A program made the translations under genes and the position numbers. 20,000 nucleotides of DNA from assembly GCA_900617105.1 (NCBI GenBank), contig UYFQ01000237.1, forward strand, positions 48,595 to 68,594, read 5' to 3'. The notes beneath the pieces were generated by a model. It was not told the origin of the DNA. It did no database searches and was given only the letters and a program-made list of their open reading frames with translations. Numbering within the stretch: position 1 is the first letter of the stretch; each line of letters begins with the position of its first letter. Shown here piece by piece: positions 1-8,627 of the stretch. This DNA is from Hydrurus foetidus (Eukaryota).

Positions 1-662
1 CCGGTACTAGCGCTATTCCTATTGTATGCCTGGTTTGTAGAGGCATCGTTCTGAATCCTAGGAGGAGCAGCGGTAGGAACGTACTGATTGTACTGTGGGC
101 CGCTAGCAGGACGATTCGACACTGGGCGCACTCGTGATTGTGCATCGTTGGATGGAGCAGCACCTTGCTCGTTTAATTTGTTCTGATTAGCCACTTCGAC
201 AGCATCTCTTTTTGCACTGAACACTGCATGTATGTCGCGAAGTAGCCGGCTCTGGCTTTCGTTCAAGCAACTGGTGTTCGCCGAATGCTTCACAATGTTC
301 AGAGCATTAGTCAAGCTTCCCACCAGCGTATTTTGAGATCCACGAGTTGCTAGTTTGACAAGTAATTGCTGTAATTTGTCCAGGTTTGCTCGAAACCATA
401 CCAATATATCCGCGTCCTTCGATCCCGAGGATGAGGGCATTGTCTGCGATGGCGTCGGAGTTTGTTCCAGTTTCCTAGATAGTCGTCTCCAAAATGCGTC
501 CCTGTTTTCGCTTTTCATTGCTACTCTCTCAAGAAACTTCATCATATGTTCGTTGTTGTCAACATAATTCTTATCAATTGATACTGTCTTCCTGAACACG
601 CGTTGAGATATCAGCAACAGCTCAGCCTTTGTTAGAGTGCTCACATCAAAATAGGTTGACAT
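1..662 (-). CDS. Hypothetical protein, 5' part only (at least 220 aa, continues past window position 1)
   Basis: The reverse complement from ATG at 662 reads without a stop to the window edge: MSTYFDVSTLTKAELLLISQRVFRKTVSIDKNYVDNNEHMMKFLERVAMKSENRDAFWRRLSRKLEQ...DADILVWFRANLDKLQQLLVKLATRGSQNTLVGSLTNALNIVKH...PQYNQYVPTAAPPRIQND. It has a helical N-terminus followed by a P/Q/N-rich linker. It is not in the ORF track because there is no stop in the window. Confidence 0.8.
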   Translation of the reverse strand, partial: MSTYFDVSTLTKAELLLISQRVFRKTVSIDKNYVDNNEHMMKFLERVAMKSENRDAFWRRLSRKLEQTPTPSQTMPSSSGSKDADILVWFRANLDKLQQLLVKLATRGSQNTLVGSLTNALNIVKHSANTSCLNESQSRLLRDIHAVFSAKRDAVEVANQNKLNEQGAAPSNDAQSRVRPVSNRPASGPQYNQYVPTAAPPRIQNDASTNQAYNRNSAST

Positions 663-835
663 CGCTACTCTTGTTGAAACCTGGAAATTATCGTAAGTTT
701 ATTGTGCTACCATGTTACCATGCTTCGGCCATTCCAGCTCGAGCTGTGTGCGTTCTGAGTTTTGGGTTGTGAATGACTTCATCAAGCAAAGGGGCTTTGT
801 TATTGGTGACAACGTTTATTCCCAGAAACCCAGAC

Positions 836-962
836 TCCCAGATTTAGGATTTGAAAATCTGGGATTTGTCAACACAAATACGTTTTCTATTTTATTTTGC
901 ACACCTTTTTTCTTTTTTGTACTGCCCGATTTGAATTTTTGAATTTTCCTTCAAATCTTGAA
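836..962. promoter_or_regulatory. Putative bidirectional promoter with clustered TTTGAA (CHR-like) motifs and a 10-bp inverted repeat
   Basis: Lies between the divergent ATGs at 662 (-) and 1036 (+). TTTGAA at 850-855, 930-935 and 938-943, TTCAAA at 950-955, CTTGAA at 957-962. Inverted repeat TCCCAGATTT (836-845) / AAATCTGGGA (855-864). Confidence 0.35.
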
Positions 963-1035
963 TCTTGAGTCTAAATTGCGGTACTCTACTGCACAGTACT
1001 GTAGGTAAATATCGAAATGTTGTCGAAGCTATCAA

Positions 1036-2649
1036 ATGACAATACTACTTGTAGGAACTAATGAGAAACATGCGAAATGTTTGACCTGGAGAGGAATGCT
1101 TGGGATCGACTACACAGTGCTCTCAGTGCATTTACCTTCATCTGAAACTGAAAATTTATGTTCCGTTGCTATCGAATTCAGAGATTTGCAGGCTGCCTAT
1201 ATTTCAATCAACAGAAAAAAAAATTCTCCGGCATCCCCTGCCTCACTTAGCCCTTCATTATCAGACTCTAGAAGCTTCCCAGGTGGAACATTTGCAATCG
1301 TTGAGAGGAATCAGCAATTTCTTGAGGATGTTGTAAACTCCACCGTATCTATTTCAGCGACGGTACTGGCGAATGGAGATCGGTCGGCACTTTTTTCATA
1401 TGCATGCGGCGCGAATGAAAGTGTATCACAAGATAGAGGTATTGTAGAGTCTTACATGAATGGGAATCATGAGGGCCTATCGGGATCGGAGGATGATCCA
1501 AACTTTCTGCAGAAACTGAGTGTTTTTGGGGAAGCCTCAATAATGGCTTACTTTCAATCAGTGACGATTGATCTGATTCATTCTATCGGCGTCAGCTCTA
1601 TCGCGGGATCTGTCACTATCTCAATTGCAATCATAGACTTATCAAAAGTGAGGAAAGCAAAGATTACTGAATCTACCGAAAGTGCAATAAAAGACCTACC
1701 GAGGAACGTTGCGGAGAAACCAGCAGAGATTGCCTTCGACATGGATGGATTTCTAAACCAATTACCGCATCAACGAGATATCGCTAAGAAAAGTGCAGAA
1801 TCTACGAGAATAAAATCAAATCAAGAAGAGGGTTCATCGACAGAAGGGCCTGACGAACATTCCGACTCCGACTGTGACTCTGACAGCGGTTCAAGCGTAT
1901 CAATTCACAGCTTTCTCGCTAGAGTTAGTGGCAGAAACGCGCTAATTGTGGAGCCGACAGAGCTGGCAGCTATCGAATTGAGCGACAGTAAAGACGTATT
2001 CCCAAGCATTCCTAAAGACACACCATCATTTCGTTACCCGGTTATTGAGAAGGAGAAACCAAATGTGAGAACAATCCCTCAGGGGATGAGAAGGACTCCT
2101 GCTATTGTGGGGTACGCACTGGGCCGCCCCCCTCCTTCTGCTCAGACACAGAGTGGGGTGAGAGTGCAAGGATACGCGACTGTAAAGAAGGTAGTCACAG
2201 GAGGTGCGACTATGAATAAGGTAGTGCGAGGAGGTGCGACTGTAAAGAAGGTAGTGCGAGGAGGTGCGACTGTAAAGAAGGTAGTGAAGGAGTGGGACTC
2301 CGCTCCTATGACGCGACAAGACTATTCCAAGAAAGGGCCTCTCCAGTCAAGTGGAAATCAGAAAATATCGAGCAAGGCAAAGAACAGTCAGAAGGAAGCC
2401 ATCATGGCGAGTATTGCTTCAAAAGCCAACTCTACCGATACCTCTATTTCTACCTCTCCCACTACCTCTCCCTCTACCACTACCTCTTCCCGATGTGATT
2501 CGATTGACAGAAAGTTGTTGTTTTCATCTTACCAAAATATTCAAGTTTCTACCTTCAAGATTTTGAGAGGTGCCGAGATTGATATCGATAAGAGAGAGAG
2601 CAAAATCCCGTCACAGAAGATGAGTATCAACACTGGTACCGTTAGTTAG
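1036..2649 (+). CDS. 537-aa protein with N-terminal MAP10/HPHLAWLY-like beta-rich (C2-like) domain and disordered S/K-rich C-terminus
   Basis: Long open ORF. Blocks LCSVAIEFRDLQAAYI, VLANGDRSALFSY and AGSVTISIAIIDLSK resemble, in order, blocks I recall from MAP10 (PAVAFRLLDFP, FGRGKSCLF, GDIALAYRLTDLG). The start could be ATG 1096 instead. The CDS is likely; the family assignment is tentative. Confidence 0.7.
   Translation: MTILLVGTNEKHAKCLTWRGMLGIDYTVLSVHLPSSETENLCSVAIEFRDLQAAYISINRKKNSPASPASLSPSLSDSRSFPGGTFAIVERNQQFLEDVVNSTVSISATVLANGDRSALFSYACGANESVSQDRGIVESYMNGNHEGLSGSEDDPNFLQKLSVFGEASIMAYFQSVTIDLIHSIGVSSIAGSVTISIAIIDLSKVRKAKITESTESAIKDLPRNVAEKPAEIAFDMDGFLNQLPHQRDIAKKSAESTRIKSNQEEGSSTEGPDEHSDSDCDSDSGSSVSIHSFLARVSGRNALIVEPTELAAIELSDSKDVFPSIPKDTPSFRYPVIEKEKPNVRTIPQGMRRTPAIVGYALGRPPPSAQTQSGVRVQGYATVKKVVTGGATMNKVVRGGATVKKVVRGGATVKKVVKEWDSAPMTRQDYSKKGPLQSSGNQKISSKAKNSQKEAIMASIASKANSTDTSISTSPTTSPSTTTSSRCDSIDRKLLFSSYQNIQVSTFKILRGAEIDIDKRESKIPSQKMSINTGTVS
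2176..2286 (+). repeat. Coding 30-bp tandem repeat, about 3.7 copies (GCGACTGTAAAGAAGGTAGTGCGAGGAGGT), encoding ATVKKVVRGG
   Basis: Units start at 2176, 2206, 2236 and 2266 and are directly visible. Confidence 0.95.
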
Positions 2650-3579
2650 GAAATAGGAGGACATAGAAAAGAAGATCTTGCTCACATTAGAGACGCAGAC
2701 GCAGAGATTTCGATAATGGCGTTGCCAGAGGTGATAGAGTCAGAAGCGGCACCGCACCCGTATGACATGAGTTGCTTATCTAACACGAGCTGACGTGCTG
2801 TGCTATACCTGATTTGAATTGTCTCGAGCACGAACAATAACTTTACATGATATTTAAAGCACTTTTTATGAAGAGACAATTCGCTTTTTCGCTGATGACG
2901 ATGAATTATCAACATCGACAAACATGGATGGCAATACAGAGCAGTACAACACAAAAAAAATTAGTTGTACTGCATTTCAAGCGAGGCTGCTGAGTCATGA
3001 GACCATCGGTGCAGTTGGCCACGACGGGGAGCCCAGTGTCTCTTCCTTCTGAAATACTGAGTACCATGTCTAGAGTTTATGCAGCACAGAGTGATTCAGA
3101 GGATCAAAAGTAGCTAAAAGTTAATGTGAAAGATGAGTTACGGAGGTCTCGCGATCGACTTTCGACCCTGTTGGGAGTTGGGACCCCGGGGGGACGGGGA
3201 CCGGGGACCAGAGATTCAAAACCAAACTCACTCCTCTCAGAGCGCCAACTCGAACTCCAACTCAACTCAACTGTCACTTTGCTTGTCGCCTCACGATTCT
3301 CCAGCTGTCGCCTACAAGTATCTGGACATGCGCTCTTCTGCGGTGGCAGCTCGAGCTTGTCCCATCTGATCTAATCTCTCTTATTAAAACTGCAATTTGT
3401 GGTTTCCACTTGCAGTTGCCGAGCTTCGTCGTCGTTACTGTATACTGTATTTGCAGTTCGTCGACCATCGTGTACAAACTTCGGATGAAGTTTCCTTTGT
3501 AATACATTGCCGTTACAACGGGAAAAACTCAGAATTGGATATATCTGGTCAAAAGATCGTCACAGCACCTAGACGCAGC

Positions 3580-6500
3580 ATGGCGAAGTCTCGGAGAGAC
3601 AAGTTCGAGGACCAACTCAGAGCTTTACAAACAGACATCAATGATCTCTCTCACAAGCTATCGATACCGGCGACATACACCTCAAATGCTTACTCGTCTT
3701 CTCTGTCGTCCACACCTCAACAGAAAACAATAGTTTCAAAAGGAGGTAATCAACTCTGTGAATTGCTAACTGCTACATAGTTTGAAAACCCATCCGTATA
3801 ATTTGAGGAGCAAGATATTGTACGACGCATCTCTATGTGCTTGGAATCAGCCAGTTCACAACACACTAATCACACAATTTTGACATCATCAGAAGCATCA
3901 ACGAGCGTAAAAACAGGTTCTTCGAAGGTCGTCAACAGAACCACCGCAACCTTGAGCAGCAGCGGTTTGACCAGTGTCAGAACTCTTCAATCTGCAAGTG
4001 CAGCCAACTATCAGCCCACCAGAAGTAGTAGAGTTGAGATATCAAACAATAGGGACATCAATCTGTATGAGGAAGGTACACTGGATGGTTTGACAAATGG
4101 ATACAGGGATCAGCCTTATGCGAATGAAAGCTCCAATCACACTGATCATCGAGAAGACAGCTTGAGCGAAACCTACTCACTCATAAGAGAACGGAACAAT
4201 TTGCTCAATCGATTGGAACAGGTGCATATAAAGTGTTCACGATTATGGATTATAATGACATCCACTACTCTAACGATTTTACAACACAATGAGAGTAGCT
4301 GTGCAATTTATTTTATCACTTTGAGTAGAATTCATTATGCAGCCTATACAACAATTCTCATTGCAAGAAAGAGGAATCATCATGATTGGAAAGTTAATAA
4401 TCTTTTGAGGACAAAGAGGAGGGCAATACTCTTTTGGAGGGCAGTACTGTAACGAATCTTTTATCGTAACTTTTCCGCAGTCTCAAAATACAATTGAAGA
4501 ATTAAGAAGGGCAGTAACTGAGAGCAGAGAGCTACAAGTAACGTACGACCGACTAGTTCAGGTACTTACGCACATTCTGGATCATAACTTTATGTCAGCT
4601 ATGACATTTCTTACATGATAATATAATGTATTGTGTACTGTGTCAATGCATATATGTGATAATGTATTGTGTCAATATTGCATATATGTGATAATGTATT
4701 GTGTCAATATTGCATGTATGTGATAATGTACTGTGTCAATGCATGTATGTGATAATGAGTTACATTGCGTGCACTGATGTTATAGCTCAGTGCTGCACAG
4801 CATAGCATAGCTTCCTGATGTAAGCTATGCTTCTCTTCTTTCTGAGTAATCCGATATTTGACTTCAAATAGAAGTACGAATCATCTCCTACTTATCAAAT
4901 AGGAGATACTCCTTCTGAGATTTATGAAATGTACTAGTGTTTGTTGTCTACGTAATGCCATGTGATAAGGTGCAATTCTGTGATTCTCAAATCTGACCCC
5001 TTGTATCTATGCATGGGCTAATTTGCTTATGCCTCCCCCAGTGTCTCTGTCGTTGATCGTGTGTGCCTGCTACTCTAACACTACCATCCCATATTTCCCT
5101 CTCTGTCCCTCCTTCACTCCCTCCCTCTCCTTCCTTCTCCTACCCTGTCCATACTGACCTAACCCATCTCAATACGTACGTTCGCACCAATGCACCAGGA
5201 TCACGAATTGGTTCAAGTGTCCCTAGAGTCTTCGGAAAGAATTCGAAAGCAACAAAAAGAACTAATAACTCTGCTGCAGCGGTCCGGTGGGGGTGGGGGG
5301 GTGGGGGGCATAGTGGCCGGAACGGGGGCGGGGGGCGGGACACTGGATCTGCTAGGAGCTTCTTTTTCGAATTCCACTGTGAGCACTGCTGCCGAGAACA
5401 GAGATTGGTGCGTACGTGTTAGCATTACTATCAGTATTACTTTTATCACTATCACTACTGTTACTATTATTGTTGTTATTGTTATTATCACTTTGTTCCT
5501 GTTTAGCGATGTCTTTATTCTTCATCACAGTTACGGATGCAATTTTATCATTTCTACTTCGAGTTCCGAGCGAGTGAAACATAAGATTGCAGCCAGGCAC
5601 TGAACATCACCAGAGTGTTTTTGCAGACACGGCTTCGTAAGCTTTTTGCACCACTTCTTGTCTTCTGTGCACTCTAATTCAAATACATATTCACCGTTAC
5701 TGCACGCTGCTCGATCCGCGTGGTGCGAAAAGTGTGAGAAATAGAAAATCGGGTTTGCAAAAACACTCTATTGTCTATTGGTGTACTGTCATTCGGTGTT
5801 ACGTCATTGGCAACATTTCTAGTCCCCATTAATAATGCCACTAAATAGCTCATTAATTAATCAGTAAAAATAGCAATATCTGAAAATATTTTGCATGAGA
5901 TTAGGTATGAATGCATTTGATATTATTGTATTTGATTTTGACACTTTTTTTCACTGCATGTACGCAGGCTTAACGCATCTGGCAACCAAAACAACAACGG
6001 ATGGAATGAATACGGAGAGAGTTACGGATCTCAATCATTTTCAAATATTAATTCATTTGATGAAAATATTTCAGAAAAAAATCAAAAATTAAAGGTCATG
6101 AGTTCGAAGAAAAAAAATCGAACAACAAAACAAAAAAATTCTAATTCTAATACAGTTGTATCGAATAATAGCAACAATGCTAATGGAGGGATAAACACAA
6201 GTTACAATAGCCGGGCAAGTTATTTAAATCACACCCGCAGCAGCAGCAGCAGTGCTGGAAGAGGGAAAAATAGTGCCATTAACAGCAATAACAACAACAA
6301 CAGCCCAATCAACAATATCAGCAGAGATAGAGACAGCAACAGCAATAACAACAACTATAGCAACAGCAGCAATGATAATAATAACAGTAAGAGCAGCAGT
6401 AGCAGTAGCAGGCTTTCGACTGCACCTCATCGCACTACACCCCGGTCACTCACCCAGACCCAGTCCTTTGGTCAGAGTGATTCGACGCACTCAGAGAGAA

Positions 6501-7462
6501 AACACTCCCCATCACTGTCCCACGTACTGCAATTAGCAAGAAACGGCCATGGAAATAAAAATGAGAATGGGAACGGTAATATAATGAGATCTGGTGAGGA
6601 TTACATCGGACTCAAAGATGGTCATAACCATCAGCACACACACAGGCATCAGGGCGATATTGGTTCTAGTGTCTACGATGAGAGGCACTCTATCTCATCC
6701 AAGGGGAGCGGAGGCAGCCATGACTCACACATATCTGCACGCACATCACCTCAAGCTCCCCTCTCTCCCTCCTTGCACTCCATACCGAATTACAGCAGAT
6801 ATGACGAGCAGCTGAGAAAGAGTCTAGATCGCCTGGGGATAGAAAGCTACTCTGATACATCAAATCAACATCAAGGGCAACACCAACTTCAACTTCAACA
6901 TCAACGTGCGGTCCAGGTGTCTCCTAGTCGAAGGCGTTCTGGGGATGGGGACCACACTATGTCCTTCCCCCTTCCCCTCCCTTTGGACAGGGACAGTGGG
7001 TCACCGATTCGACCCCGATCCGCCCCCTCTTCAGCGAGTGCATCACCGCAGTCGATGAGGTCTGGAAGACTGAGTGTTGGAGATAGGAGAGGCCCTGTAG
7101 GTGCAGGTGTGGGTGTAGAGGGTGATGAGGATGGGAGAAGTGGTATAGCTATGGTGAGGAATGGAGGGGGTGGAAGATACTCTGCGGTCAGAAGCAACTC
7201 AACCGGTCGCATGAACAGCAGCAGCGGCAGAATGGACAGCATGGCAGATCAGACATTCGATTCCCACCCCCCTCTTCCACCCCAAAGGACATCAGGACGC
7301 CCCCCCATTCCCGTCCCCACCCGCGCACATCTACCCCCTCCTCCCCCTCCTCCCTATCACTCAGACCCCAGGGCATCCCCCCATTCTGCCCCGAGGGATT
7401 TAGGGGGTCGTCCCCTCCCTTTGTTTTCTTCTTTGCTCGGACCGTCTTACTCCAGAATGTAA
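3580..7462 (+). CDS. Predicted 759-aa coiled-coil protein with long N/S/G/P-rich disordered tail; exons 3580-3745, 3893-4221, 4481-4561, 5199-5407, 5968-7462
   Basis: All four introns are GT-AG with matching phases (1,0,0,2) and the joined CDS is 2280 nt. The coiled coil continues across junctions: LIRERNNLLNRLEQ|SQNTIEELRRAVTESRELQVTYDRLVQ|DHELVQVSLESSERIRKQQKELITLLQR. The model unites ORF-track pieces 3397, 3835, 5190 and 6098. Confidence 0.8.
4634..4757. repeat. Intronic minisatellite, about 4 copies of a 29-32 bp unit TGTGTCAAT(ATT)GCATRTATGTGATAATGTAY
   Basis: Directly visible tandem units in intron 3 of the 3580-7462 gene. Confidence 0.9.
5611..5770. mobile_element. Candidate 160-bp MITE with hAT-like terminal inverted repeats
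   Basis: AGAGTGTTTTTGCA (5612-5625) is the exact reverse complement of TGCAAAAACACTCT (5756-5769), and the match extends imperfectly for about 10 more bp. The ends CAGAG.../...CTCTA fit the hAT YARNG terminus. No 8-bp target-site duplication (TSD) is seen. Confidence 0.45.
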
Positions 7463-7600
7463 AATGTAAATCCAGTTTTTGGAATCAAAGTTCTAGGTCT
7501 GGGATGTAAAACCGATACCCACTTCTTTGATTGGATTTGATTTGTTGTGTTGCACTTTGCTCTAGTGAGATTAGGGATAGCATGGTGTACATCTGTGATG

Positions 7601-7655
7601 TCACCTCATCTCACTTCACCTCTCTGCACTCCACCTCACCTCACCTCACCTCTCT
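7601..7655. repeat. Degenerate (CACCT)n pentanucleotide microsatellite
   Basis: TCACCTCATCTCACTTCACCTCTCTGCACTCCACCTCACCTCACCTCACCTC. Confidence 0.8.
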
Positions 7656-8627
7656 GGAAAATGTCCACCGCACTGTAAGGGTAGATATAAACAATGGTGC
7701 GGGAGTCGTCCAAATCAAAACTAACAGTTAGCAATTAGAGAGCACCCTAGCTGCCATCGCTAGCCGTCATCTCATCTCGTCTATTCTCATCTGTTCTCTC
7801 CTCTCCAGTCTCCATCACACCTCACTTTACCTCTCCTACGCATCACTTCTACTGTAGAGATATTCGTGAGTCAGTTGTACCGTACGTACCGCACAGTACG
7901 GTATATCACAGCAGCTGTCGCCTTATGTCGCTGCCTGACTGGAGGACTAAGATCTATGATAGAAGTAGTGCGCTATTAACAAGATTACACAGTTGCGATG
8001 TGACTTTTCAAGATCTTCCTATCTCATCGTTTCCATTTTCCCTACCCAGGAGACGCCTGGAACCTGCTGATTTTCTTTTCTCTTCTCTTACATGATTTGA
8101 TTGTTGTATGTACAGTACATCTATCGTGGCGTTCAGTACAGGTATATGTTTAGCACCCAACTCCGTTTTATGTTCTTCGTGCTTAGGACCACCACAACTT
8201 TAGTAGATGTGTCTATTTGTATTCACTGAACAATGATTGCTCTCCAATGCTGATGTAATAAGCTACTTTGAATCACAGATGTGATCATCTCCATCTTTTT
8301 GTTTTCCTTCTCGAACCCTACGTCTACTTTTTTTCTACAAGTATTCTTCGCCGGACCAACTCTCCATTCAATAATCAGCGGTATTGCAAATATCACGCAT
8401 CTTCTCCTGCGAATACCAGAAATAGCGACACAGAAGGACAACTGACAGAACTCTTGAGAGGTAGATGATCTCATTGTCGTTACATCAATTAATGCCACAC
8501 CGATTATGAGGACATTGTTGACCAAAGTTCAAAGCTGGTATGAAGCCTACAGCCGAAGAGCGGGTAGGGAGACGAGTGAACAAATCAGGCAGCCTGTCAC
8601 TCTTCTGCGTTGTCATTGAAAGCAACC

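Noticed and set aside
2890..2935. SECIS-like ATGA...AA...GA arrangement downstream of the MAP10-like gene
   Set aside because: Helix II pairing is poor and the upstream stop is TAG, not TGA.
7876..7905. GTAC-rich 8-10 bp inverted repeat (CuRE-like cores) and recurrent CAGTAC/GTACTG motifs in the window
   Set aside because: Short, only modestly enriched, and no evidence for an SBP/CRR1-type regulator here.
8223..8525. Short ORFs on both strands upstream of the dioxygenase gene
   Set aside because: No motifs and no supported splice link to neighbouring exons; likely UTR or intergenic.
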